This document shows positions 30,038 to 39,425 of a stretch of DNA of 64,000 bases, piece by piece. Source of the stretch: Candidatus Latescibacterota bacterium (lineage in GTDB: Bacteria > Latescibacterota > UBA2968 > UBA8231); the NCBI GenBank assembly GCA_022827835.1, contig JAJEIO010000041.1, forward strand, positions 8,328 through 72,327. The letters are read 5' to 3'. Numbering within the stretch: position 1 is the stretch's first letter; each line of letters opens with the position of its first letter. The translations under genes were made by a program, and so were the position numbers. Below the pieces are notes generated by a model, which was given only the letters and a program-made list of their open reading frames with translations, did no database searches and was not told the origin of the DNA.

Positions 30038-30709
30038 ATGCACTACACCATTCATCGTACCGACGACCTCGACCTGCCCGACGCCGATTGGGAGCGTCCC
30101 CAATGGCAGGCGGCCGAGACCTTAGAGATTACCCACTTTTCTTGGGAAGATTCCGGCCACCGTCCCCGCACTCAGGCGCGCGTGCTCTACGACGAGCGAG
30201 CACTATCCATTATCTTCCACGTCGAGGACCGCTACGTCCGCGCCGTGGCCGAGCGCTTCCAAGATTCAGTCTGCACCGATTCTTGCGTCGAATTCTTCGT
30301 CGCACCCCTACCCGATTCGCAGGCTTACTTCAATTTCGAGGTCAACTGCGGCGGCACCATGCTCTTGCACCGCTGCCCGTCAGCCGCAGAGCGCGCCCAA
30401 GGCCGAGAGACTGAAAACGTCAGCGACGCCGACGGTGCCACCATCCACATCGCCACAACCCTCCCCCGGATCGTCGAGCCAGAACTCACCACCCCCACGA
30501 CTTGGGCGGTCGAGTACCGCGTCCCCTTCGCCCTCTTCGCCCAGTACTTCGGTGCCCAGACGCCAGTACCTGGCACCCAGTGGAAGGGCAACTTCTACAA
30601 GTGCGGCGACCGCACCTCCCACCCCCACTGGGGTTCGTGGGCACCCGTGGGTACACCCAATCCCAGCTTTCACCAGCCGGACTTTTATCAGCCGCTCGTA
30701 TTTGCCTAG
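30038..30709 (+). CDS. Carbohydrate-binding family 9-like (DOMON-like) protein
   Basis: TQARVLYD, VCTDSCVEFF, YFNFEVNCGG, WKGNFYKCGD, PSFHQP. No signal peptide. Confidence 0.8.
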   Translation: MHYTIHRTDDLDLPDADWERPQWQAAETLEITHFSWEDSGHRPRTQARVLYDERALSIIFHVEDRYVRAVAERFQDSVCTDSCVEFFVAPLPDSQAYFNFEVNCGGTMLLHRCPSAAERAQGRETENVSDADGATIHIATTLPRIVEPELTTPTTWAVEYRVPFALFAQYFGAQTPVPGTQWKGNFYKCGDRTSHPHWGSWAPVGTPNPSFHQPDFYQPLVFA

Positions 30710-30782
30710 TGCTCGCCTTTGTGTCGGCGACATCGGGACTGACGAACTAAAGATCAGGCTCTTGGGCCGTGGTATCGCTGTC

Positions 30783-32606
30783 TCAGTCAAAAAGAGGGGA
30801 ACTGTAGGAGGGCGCACGGACAAAGCGTCTCAGCCCAAGGTGCAAGCGAGCCTGAGCCGCCGGTCCCAAATGCACTTGGAGATACTGATCCTCTACCTCA
30901 ATGGCCTTATCTTGGCCGTTTTCGTTCTCTAGCTGAGCCTTAGTGAATTGATGCTCGCCAAAGGAACCGGCCTGCAACAAAACATCGCGGCCTTCCACCG
31001 GGTCCGTATTCACCAGCGTCAGGCTAACCCCGTCGGCGCTGACCCGATCAACTAGAGCCGCGACGTACTCAGGCAGACCGGGGCGACGGCGCTGCGGATC
31101 GAAATAGTGCACATGGGTCTGGAGCATCCCGCCGTTGTAGATCGCCGAAGGCGTGCCCAAGGCCATCTGGATCAGGGCTTCGGGCAGCACGGGATTGAGC
31201 CGCTGGAAGTGGTAGCACTCGCGCGTTTCAGGATCGCTGTCGTCGTTCTCCAAGCGATTCAGACTGTGGCAGATGCTGGAGTAGGTCGAGTCGATCACCT
31301 GATCGACGTAGCCTAAGTTTTTGCCTTCGGTAAAGGCGAACCAAGCTGTCGGCGGGCAGATGCCGGCTTTGGCTGCTCCCCAGTCGGGGGGCAGACCGGC
31401 AAAAGCGGCGCGGTCGGGAAAGGCTGCATCGAGGCGAGCCAAATCCCGTTCGCTCTGGCTCAAGTAGTATAAATGAATGTACAAGTAGGGGTCGGGCGGT
31501 CGAAAATCAAACCAGCCCTGGTCGCCATGGCGGGCTGGCACCTTGACGCGACCGTCCTCCTCGCGCCGCAGTTCCCACAGCATGTCGAGCTGCGAGCGGG
31601 CCAAGTCCAAATGGGAATCATCGCCAGTCATCAGCAGGGCGCAACTGCCGGCCACTAGGGCCGGCTCGACGATATTGCGCGCTCCGTGCGGCCAGCGCCA
31701 GCCGTAGTACCCACCCCACCACTTGCCGTCCATCAACTCGCCAATGGTTCCCTCGGGTCCAATATTGTCGGGCATGATGCCGCCGTTGGCCGCGCAGCGC
31801 TCCTCCCACGCCTGTAAATAATCGAGCACCCAGGTTTTGTATTGGTCGTCGCCGGTGTAGAGATAGGCGTTGGTGATCAAGCCGGCGATACTCAGATTGA
31901 GAGGCACATCGCAGCGGGTCATGCGCTGATTGATCAAGTCGAGGACCTGGGCGAATACTTCGTCGTCTGTCCAATCGACCTTGAAAAGCGGGTCGGAGCT
32001 GTCGGCACCTGGAATGTCCTCAAAGGGTGCCAGATAGTCGGCTAGGATGGGTCGGTGGTAATCCCAATCGACTTGAGTAGTGACAAAGCGCGGGCCTTTG
32101 CTCCCGTTGAGTGGCGAGCGGATCATTTTGCGCTGAGCGTCCCAATTGGGTGCCAGCGGATCGGCACCGGTGTACATGGCGGCGTAGCGCAGGGCACGGG
32201 TGCGGTTGATGAGATGGGCGGGATCGGCCAGCGCCAAATAGTAGATGTAGGTATAACTCTCAGAGTGATGGAACCAGTCGAAACCAGTGACGAACTCGCG
32301 CTCGACCGTGCCGTAGTTGGCGTACTGCCAGGTGATGGCGTCCCACTCTTTGCAGGCGATCTGATAGATGTGCTCGCCGCCGCCCAGCAGGTAAAACAGG
32401 GGGAAGGATAGGAAGGCCTCGTAGCCATTGTCCGTACCGTCCATGCTGGTCCACTCCGTGCGCTGGATCAGGGTGCCGTCTGGACGGGTGCTGTGTTCGA
32501 CAAAGGGGTGGGCGGCGCGGTCCATCAAGGCGATCAAGTCGCGTTGGCGCACGGCCCAATGAGGCGGGTTTTTGCGGGTCTTAGCGGCAATAGATACGTA
32601 GGCCAT
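30783..32606 (-). CDS. Hypothetical protein, possibly an (alpha/alpha) toroid glycosidase/lyase-like fold
   Basis: 607-aa ORF with AGGAGG RBS. Trp/Tyr-rich motifs DGTDNGYEAF, FDWFHHSE, NGGIMPDNIG and WWGGYYGWRWPHG. Fold assignment is inference. Confidence 0.6.
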   Translation of the reverse strand: MAYVSIAAKTRKNPPHWAVRQRDLIALMDRAAHPFVEHSTRPDGTLIQRTEWTSMDGTDNGYEAFLSFPLFYLLGGGEHIYQIACKEWDAITWQYANYGTVEREFVTGFDWFHHSESYTYIYYLALADPAHLINRTRALRYAAMYTGADPLAPNWDAQRKMIRSPLNGSKGPRFVTTQVDWDYHRPILADYLAPFEDIPGADSSDPLFKVDWTDDEVFAQVLDLINQRMTRCDVPLNLSIAGLITNAYLYTGDDQYKTWVLDYLQAWEERCAANGGIMPDNIGPEGTIGELMDGKWWGGYYGWRWPHGARNIVEPALVAGSCALLMTGDDSHLDLARSQLDMLWELRREEDGRVKVPARHGDQGWFDFRPPDPYLYIHLYYLSQSERDLARLDAAFPDRAAFAGLPPDWGAAKAGICPPTAWFAFTEGKNLGYVDQVIDSTYSSICHSLNRLENDDSDPETRECYHFQRLNPVLPEALIQMALGTPSAIYNGGMLQTHVHYFDPQRRRPGLPEYVAALVDRVSADGVSLTLVNTDPVEGRDVLLQAGSFGEHQFTKAQLENENGQDKAIEVEDQYLQVHLGPAAQARLHLGLRRFVRAPSYSSPLFD

Positions 32607-32638
32607 TTGGGGTTCCTCCTAAGTGTACAAGCATTGAG

Positions 32639-33370
32639 TTATTCAGGTCGCAGATCCGTATACCGCTCCCCCAGTGGCCCTCCTTCCCCGCGCACTAGAA
32701 ACACCGGAATCGGATGTTGGTCCATGTCCACCCAAGCCGTATCTGTGCTGCAGTAGCGAATCGTATAACCAGCGCGGCGGCGTCCACTTTCATTGGCCTC
32801 GCTGCCGTGCAGAATATAGGAATCGTGAATGGACAGACTACCGGCCTTCATCTCCATCATCACGGCTTGGTCCTCCATCTCGGGGGCGACCTGAACCTTC
32901 TTTCTCAGCATCTCAGTCTCCTCCGCAGGCACGGTTTCCATCTCTTGATAGTCCCGGTGTGAACCGGGTATGATGCACATGGCGGCGTTTTCAGCGTCCG
33001 CGTCGTCGAGTGCCAGCCACACTGTGGCCACATCGGTGCCGTGGACACTGGGCCAGTAGTTGTTGTCTTGGTGCCAACCCACGCTGGTTCCATCGCCCGG
33101 CAGCTTGATGAACATGCTCGAATAGACCAGGATCAGGTTGGGACCCAAGACGGCTTCCACCGCATCGAGTAGGTACGGATAGCGGCAGACCTCCAGCCAG
33201 AACACTTCCTTGGTGTGCGGCTCGCCGTAGTATTGATCCCGGTCGAGAAAACCCGCGCGCACGCCCACGTCCAGCGAATACTGCATGGCGTCGACTTCGT
33301 CTGGCCCGAAAACATCGGGAAAAAAGCAATAGCCTTCTGAGTCAAATTGCTCGACGTCGGTATTCAGCAC
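32639..33370 (-). CDS. Phytanoyl-CoA dioxygenase (PhyH) family Fe(II)/2OG oxygenase
   Basis: WHQDNNYW (HxD), TVWLALDDA, IPGSH, HGSEANESGRRRAG. Confidence 0.9.
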   Translation of the reverse strand: MLNTDVEQFDSEGYCFFPDVFGPDEVDAMQYSLDVGVRAGFLDRDQYYGEPHTKEVFWLEVCRYPYLLDAVEAVLGPNLILVYSSMFIKLPGDGTSVGWHQDNNYWPSVHGTDVATVWLALDDADAENAAMCIIPGSHRDYQEMETVPAEETEMLRKKVQVAPEMEDQAVMMEMKAGSLSIHDSYILHGSEANESGRRRAGYTIRYCSTDTAWVDMDQHPIPVFLVRGEGGPLGERYTDLRPE

Positions 33371-33397
33371 GATAAGTCCCTTTCAATTAGGCGTCAC

Positions 33398-34225
33398 TCA
33401 AATCCCGTAAACCCGGGCGGCGTTCTCCCCCAGCACTTTGGCCCGACCCCTCTCGTCCAGGTCCGTGGCAAAAGTACGGATTATTTCCAAACTCTGCCGG
33501 TACGTGACATGGCGGCTGACCGGCGGCCAGTCCGAGCCCCACAGCAGGCGGTCGGCGCCCAAACCCTTGAGCAGACGGCTGAAAAATCCCAGCGCTTGGG
33601 GGCAGCGAAAATCCCAAGGAGTCTCCGCCGCCGCATAGAAGCCCGACGCTTTGATCGACAAATTGGGATAGGCCGCTGCCTGCAGCAGTCCCCCGTACGT
33701 CTCGTCTTGGGCATCGGGACCACCTAACGAGGGCAGGGCTAGGTGATTGGCGACAAAGCGGATCTCTGGATACCTCCGGGCCAACTCCAGCAAGACTCCG
33801 TAATTGGCTGGCCCGATTTGCAGATTGCAGACTAAGCCAGTGTCTTTGTATGCCTGCCAGAGCGCGTCGCAAGCCTCTTCCAACATCCACTGCATTTTCT
33901 CATCGAGCTTGGGTGGGTAGTAACTAGTGCCCACGGCACCGAATTCCTCGCCCGCCCGCAAGACCCGCTCGGCAGCGTCTTGCTGATGCATGGGTACATC
34001 CGTCAATACAGCCAGCCGATCGGGGTGCTCTCGCCCCCACTGGGCGCACTCCTGATTGTTGCCCGGCGAGTACTCCGCCACCACCGGCAGCACGACGGCT
34101 TTGTCGACATCGCATTCGTCCATGTGGTGGAGGAGCCGATCTACCCGCCCTAGATCTTCCCAAGGGGCCATAGGAGGAAAGTTGGAAAGCACGTGAACAT
34201 GAGCGTCGATAACGGACATTGACAC
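33398..34225 (-). CDS. Amidohydrolase_2 family protein (sugar-lactonase-like)
   Basis: IDAHVH, ANHLA, KASG, RLLWGSDWP, GENAARVY. Confidence 0.88.
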   Translation of the reverse strand: MSMSVIDAHVHVLSNFPPMAPWEDLGRVDRLLHHMDECDVDKAVVLPVVAEYSPGNNQECAQWGREHPDRLAVLTDVPMHQQDAAERVLRAGEEFGAVGTSYYPPKLDEKMQWMLEEACDALWQAYKDTGLVCNLQIGPANYGVLLELARRYPEIRFVANHLALPSLGGPDAQDETYGGLLQAAAYPNLSIKASGFYAAAETPWDFRCPQALGFFSRLLKGLGADRLLWGSDWPPVSRHVTYRQSLEIIRTFATDLDERGRAKVLGENAARVYGI

Positions 34226-34417
34226 CTCCTTACTCGTTTGATTTACCTACAGGAACTATGTACGCAATCACGCACCGATGCAACGTCAGCGGTCGCAGCC
34301 CGTGCTGACGGGCTATCTATCCCGACATTTCATCTTGTTGGCTCAATACCGCGTCCGTATTCTTAGAATCACTTTGCCGCAACAGATCTCCCGCTCAAAA
34401 GAAAAAGGAGAAAGACC

Positions 34418-35398
34418 ATGTCGAATGTATCTCTCGTCAGAGTGGGCGTTCTAACCTGCGCCCGGTACGTGCATATCTCAGGTATATGGGGTCCGATCAT
34501 CGATCCCACCTGCCCGCGCCAATTCATGGGCTGCACGACGCGTATGACGGGCATGGTCATGACCCACGTCTGGGATATGGACAAAGAAGGCGTCAAGGAC
34601 TTCTGCGATACCTACAAAGGGGTCGAAGCAGTGGAAAACTATTGGGATATGGTCGGCAAGGTGGACGGCGTCATCCTCTCCGATTTTGATTCGACCCTGC
34701 ATTTCAAAGAATTGGCCAGACCCTATTTGGAGGCCGGCGTCCCCATCTTCATCAACCGCCCCTTTGCCCTCAACCTCCAAGACGCGCAGGAAATAATCGA
34801 TTTGTCCAAAAAGCACGACACTCCCATCATGTCGGGTTCATCCTTCGGCTCGGCACCGGAAATTGAGCACATCAAACGCGAAGTGGCGGCCATTGAACCG
34901 ATCAGGGGCTTTGCCGCGGCCAACTCCATGTCCGACTACGCCACCCACGGCATTCACGGCCTGTACATGATCTACGCGTGTATCGGCGGCGGCGTTAAGA
35001 GCGTGGCCTACCAGACGCCCGACTGGCATGTCCCCAATGGTCACCTCACCTTTGAATACGAACCCAGAGGAGAAGGAGGGAAGACCTTTTACGGATCGCT
35101 GCAGGAAATATCGGGGACGTGGGGCTGGATCCGGGTGTTTGGAGAGCGCACCTTCGAGCAGTTCGTGCACAGCGGCATCCACTTTTGGGTTCCCCTGCTG
35201 CTAGAGATGCAGGAGATGTTCGAAACCCGAAAAATGCCCGAACCCTACGAGGCCATCTACGAGAAGGTGCAGATGTTTCTCGCCGGCTTCAAATCACACG
35301 TGGAATGCGGCGGTGCCCCAGTGGGGCTGGACGAAATCGGCGACTGGACGGCTCCTCTGCTCAATCCCGATCCATATCCCGACGGGTTTTTCAAATAG
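34418..35398 (+). CDS. Gfo/Idh/MocA-like oxidoreductase (divergent)
   Basis: Rossmann-like N-terminus, VDGVIL, LEAGVPIFINRPFA (EKP-equivalent position), YATHGIH. AGGAG RBS. Confidence 0.7.
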   Translation: MSNVSLVRVGVLTCARYVHISGIWGPIIDPTCPRQFMGCTTRMTGMVMTHVWDMDKEGVKDFCDTYKGVEAVENYWDMVGKVDGVILSDFDSTLHFKELARPYLEAGVPIFINRPFALNLQDAQEIIDLSKKHDTPIMSGSSFGSAPEIEHIKREVAAIEPIRGFAAANSMSDYATHGIHGLYMIYACIGGGVKSVAYQTPDWHVPNGHLTFEYEPRGEGGKTFYGSLQEISGTWGWIRVFGERTFEQFVHSGIHFWVPLLLEMQEMFETRKMPEPYEAIYEKVQMFLAGFKSHVECGGAPVGLDEIGDWTAPLLNPDPYPDGFFK

Positions 35399-35564
35399 AC
35401 TGCAAGGCGCTCGGTTGCGGCACCACTTTTTGTGGTGGCCGTTTCATCCCTTGGGCTTTGCTATTTGTACGGTATCCTTTATTGTCGGACGGCTCTGGTT
35501 CACCGACGGTTGCAAGGGTAGGCTGGCAGAGGACAATAATGACAATAACAAGGCAGATCGCTCT

Positions 35565-37796
35565 ATGCGGTTTTCAATCGTTGTAGGATGGTTTCTTATC
35601 TTGGTAGCCTGTGCTGAGCGAGAACAGGCGGCCAGCACCCAGCGCATGGCTGAACTCCTAGAAGACATAGCCGTCAATGTCGATCCCGCTACGCATCCGT
35701 ATGTGAATCTAGACCGAGTTGCATATTTCCGCGCTCAGTTGGATCACCTACGCCAATCCAGTGCGGCCACTAATCCTCGGACGCGAGAGCAAATCCTGCA
35801 AGCCCGCCTTTCTCTTGCCAACGAACTGCTGCAAGCGGGCCAATCCGACCGAGCAGTACAGGAGTACCGGCAACTGCAGACTGTGGTCCACCATCCTCGG
35901 CTTCGTCATTCTCTCCAACTGTTAGTGGGCTTGGCCTATCTTCGTTTGGGCGAACAAGAAAACTGTATTGTGCAACACAATATCGACTCCTGTCTAATGC
36001 CGATTCGCGGCACTGGAGTGCATCAAATCAAGCGAGGATCAAGTGCCGCTATCGAGGAGTTTTTGGGGGTTCTGAGCAGAAATCCAAACGATCTGTCGGC
36101 TCGTTGGCTACTCAATATCGCCTATATGACGCTGGGTCAGTACCCCGAAGAGGTGCCGCAGAACTTGCTGATTCCACCCGAAATTTTCACCTCTGACTAC
36201 GACATTGGGATTTTTCGCGACGTCGCTCCCCAATTGGGGCTGGATGTGGTGGGACTCTCAGGGGGAGCCATTATGGAAGACTTTGACGGCGACGGCTACC
36301 TCGATATCGTGGCTTCATCTTGGGGACTGCGCGACTCACTCCGCTACTTCCGCAACCAAGGAGACGGCACCTTTGCCGATCACACCCAAGCGGCAGGCTT
36401 AGAGGGTATTGTGGGTGGTTTGAATATCTGTCAGGCCGACTACGATAATAATGGCTATGCGGATGTACTGGTGCTGCGCGGCGCTTGGCTCGACGAGGGA
36501 CGCTACCCCAACTCGCTGTTGGCCAATCGGGGGAATGGGCGCTTTTTCGATGCGACCGAGGCAGCCGGCTTGCTCACTTTCCACCCAACCCAGACAGCGA
36601 CCTGGGGCGATTTCGACAACGACGGTTGGGTTGACCTATTTGTCGGCAACGAATCTCAGAGTAGCGCCATTCATCCGTGTGAGTTGTTCCGCAACCAAGG
36701 CGAAGACTCTGGGCGCGGAGTATCGGCGGTACAATTCGTCGATGTGGCCGAGACAGCGGGACTCGATGTGGTCGGCTGGGTCAAAGGAGTAGTCTGGGGC
36801 GACTACAACAACGATGGACAATTGGACCTGTACATCTCGCGTTTGAAACCCGAGGAATCTAATCTGCTCTTTCGCAATCAGGGGCGTGGGCGTTTCTCCG
36901 ATGTGACGGCCACGGCAGGCGTAGCCGGGCCACCCTATAGTTTTCCGACTTGGTTCTGGGATTACGACAACGATGGGTGGCAGGATCTATTCGTCGCCGG
37001 TTTCAAAGGTGAGGTAGCAGACGTGGCGGCCGCTTATTTGGACTTGCCACACCGCGCTGAAGAACCCCGTCTATACCGCAACAACGGCGACGGTACTTTC
37101 ACCGATGTCACGCGCAAGGTAGGGCTCGACGAACCCCTTATAGCTATGGGTAGCAATTTCGGCGACCTAGACAACGACGGGTACCAAGATTGTTATATCG
37201 GCACCGGCGACCCGTATATGGCTACGCTAGTCCCCAACCGCATGTTCCGCAATGCCGACGGCAATTTCTTCCAAGATGTCACCACCTCGGGTGGCTTTGG
37301 GCATTTGCAAAAGGGCCACGGGGTGGCTTTTGGCGATATTGACCACGATGGCGACCAAGATGTTTTTTCGGTCATCGGTGGGGCTTTTACCGGTGATGTC
37401 TATCAGAACGTCCTCTTTGCCAATCCAGGCCACGGCAATCATTGGATCAAGCTCCGACTCGAAGGTCGGCGTACCAATCGGGCCGCCATTGGAGTACGCG
37501 TAAAGGTGAGCGTGAACACCGCACATGGCAGCCGCGACATTTATTCCACGGTGACCAGCGGGGGCAGCTTTGGTGCCTCCAGCCTGCAATGCGAAATAGG
37601 TCTAGGACAGGCTGAGTCTATCCAGGCGATCGAAATCGTCTGGCCCACCAGCGGAGAAGTGCAGATTTTCAACGACGTCGAGATGGACCAAAGTCTATAT
37701 ATCCGCGAAGGTGATTCGCGTCCGACTCGCCGACAGTTTAAATCTTTTGCCATCAACCCAAGCAATGAATCGGACGAGATAGCACACAACCACTAG
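35565..37796 (+). CDS. CRTAC1/ASPIC-UnbV family lipoprotein with N-terminal helical domain and FG-GAP repeats
   Basis: Lipobox LVAC, LRLGEQENC, multiple DxDxDGxxD repeats, C-terminal NRAAIGVRV...GLG...WP domain. ATG at 35565 preferred over 35313. Confidence 0.85.
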   Translation: MRFSIVVGWFLILVACAEREQAASTQRMAELLEDIAVNVDPATHPYVNLDRVAYFRAQLDHLRQSSAATNPRTREQILQARLSLANELLQAGQSDRAVQEYRQLQTVVHHPRLRHSLQLLVGLAYLRLGEQENCIVQHNIDSCLMPIRGTGVHQIKRGSSAAIEEFLGVLSRNPNDLSARWLLNIAYMTLGQYPEEVPQNLLIPPEIFTSDYDIGIFRDVAPQLGLDVVGLSGGAIMEDFDGDGYLDIVASSWGLRDSLRYFRNQGDGTFADHTQAAGLEGIVGGLNICQADYDNNGYADVLVLRGAWLDEGRYPNSLLANRGNGRFFDATEAAGLLTFHPTQTATWGDFDNDGWVDLFVGNESQSSAIHPCELFRNQGEDSGRGVSAVQFVDVAETAGLDVVGWVKGVVWGDYNNDGQLDLYISRLKPEESNLLFRNQGRGRFSDVTATAGVAGPPYSFPTWFWDYDNDGWQDLFVAGFKGEVADVAAAYLDLPHRAEEPRLYRNNGDGTFTDVTRKVGLDEPLIAMGSNFGDLDNDGYQDCYIGTGDPYMATLVPNRMFRNADGNFFQDVTTSGGFGHLQKGHGVAFGDIDHDGDQDVFSVIGGAFTGDVYQNVLFANPGHGNHWIKLRLEGRRTNRAAIGVRVKVSVNTAHGSRDIYSTVTSGGSFGASSLQCEIGLGQAESIQAIEIVWPTSGEVQIFNDVEMDQSLYIREGDSRPTRRQFKSFAINPSNESDEIAHNH

Positions 37797-37853
37797 TCTC
37801 CCCTGTCTGTCCGGCAAGACTCACGGCGCCCTTTGGGAGAGGATAATTTCTCT

Positions 37854-39410
37854 ATGTATTTTTCAAAACTACGGAAGGCATTGCATACTCTTTGCCGAAT
37901 CGGCCATTCAATTTCATTTATATGTATCCTGCATTACGTTGGAGTCGTGCATGGACAGGATGGCGAGGCGAATGCTTCCTCAAGAAGCCAAGAGCATTAT
38001 AGGCTCGGCATGCGTCATGCCCAAAAGGGCGACTATGAAAGCGCGGAGAGGGAGTACAAGCAAGCGATAGAATTAGACGCCAATAATATCTATCCGCACG
38101 ACGGCCTCGGTTTCATCTACGCCTTACAAAACCGATTGGGCGAGGCGGAAGAGGAATTTGCCAAGGTCCTCCAGATTGATCCAGACTACGCACCAGCACA
38201 CTACAAGTTGGGTAAGATTTTTTTTATTCGCCAAGAGTACGACGAGGCTTTCGATTCTTATCAAAAAGCCATTGAGGCCAACCCCAAGTATTTTCCCGCT
38301 CACCACGGCTTGGGTATCATCTACATGCAGACCCAAGAGCGGGCTAAAGCAGCAGAGCATTTCAAAGCAGCTATCGACCTCAATCCCAACTACGGTCCCC
38401 CTCGCTACCGGCTCGGGACGATATATCTAGAGGAAGGGGCCTATTCTCAAGCCATAGAGGAATTGCGGCAAGCGGCCAAGCTGGTCGCCAACGAACCGTC
38501 TATCCACTTCGTCTTGGGCAACGCCTATATGGCAATAGGCAAACTTGCAGAGGCCGCAGAAGCACTCCACAAAACATTGCAACTCGAGCCGAATTGGGCC
38601 GAGGTACACGATAAACTAGGCTTGGTCTATACCGACCAGTCCCTAGCCCTACTAGGGGCTGTCATGGCGGACCAAGACAAGCTAGCCGCCGCCGTTGAGG
38701 AGCATCGCAAGGCTGTGGAATTGGTCCCTGAAAACGGTTGGTTCCAGCACAATCTAGGTATGGCCTATGAACGCCAACGACAGTACGACAAAGCAGCGGA
38801 GCAGTTCGTCAAGGCACTCGCAGTTAATCCCGATATGGCTTACACCCGTTATCGGCTCGGCATGATCTACTCAAGAGACAAAAAATACCAAGAAGCTATT
38901 GAAGAATACCAGTATGCCATCCGGCTCGAGCCCGACCGGTCGATTTTCCACTACGCCTTGGGGGCCGTATATGCCAAGATCGGCAGCGAGGAAGAGGCGA
39001 TTGGCAAATTCAAAAAAGCCATCGAACTCGACTACTACAATGCCGAAGCACATTTCGGTCTGGCCAACGCCTATCTGAAACAGGGCAAAAGGGAGGAGGG
39101 CGCAAAAGAGATGGAGATCTTCAAAAAACTGCGCGAAGGCAATATAGCGGATATGGAACAACGGGTCGCTTTAGTGCCTGACAATCCAAAATACCACGGC
39201 GAATTAGCCGCTCACTATACCCAACAGGGTAGGTATATAAAGGCGATCAATGAGTACAAGCTAGCCATCGGTCTCGACCCGCATAATCTCGAGTATCGCC
39301 GACTGCTCAAAGATGCCTATATCAAAGCAGGGCGCTATCGGGAAGCAGAGGAGCAGCAGGAGATTATCCAGAGCTTGGACGCCAAACGACAGCAGACTCC
39401 CACCCCATAG
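37854..39410 (+). CDS. Secreted multi-TPR protein
   Basis: About a dozen canonical TPRs (AHYKLG...A...Y.KA...P) after a signal-like N-terminus. Confidence 0.9.
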   Translation: MYFSKLRKALHTLCRIGHSISFICILHYVGVVHGQDGEANASSRSQEHYRLGMRHAQKGDYESAEREYKQAIELDANNIYPHDGLGFIYALQNRLGEAEEEFAKVLQIDPDYAPAHYKLGKIFFIRQEYDEAFDSYQKAIEANPKYFPAHHGLGIIYMQTQERAKAAEHFKAAIDLNPNYGPPRYRLGTIYLEEGAYSQAIEELRQAAKLVANEPSIHFVLGNAYMAIGKLAEAAEALHKTLQLEPNWAEVHDKLGLVYTDQSLALLGAVMADQDKLAAAVEEHRKAVELVPENGWFQHNLGMAYERQRQYDKAAEQFVKALAVNPDMAYTRYRLGMIYSRDKKYQEAIEEYQYAIRLEPDRSIFHYALGAVYAKIGSEEEAIGKFKKAIELDYYNAEAHFGLANAYLKQGKREEGAKEMEIFKKLREGNIADMEQRVALVPDNPKYHGELAAHYTQQGRYIKAINEYKLAIGLDPHNLEYRRLLKDAYIKAGRYREAEEQQEIIQSLDAKRQQTPTP

Positions 39411-39425
39411 AGACTGCTGGTTTAT

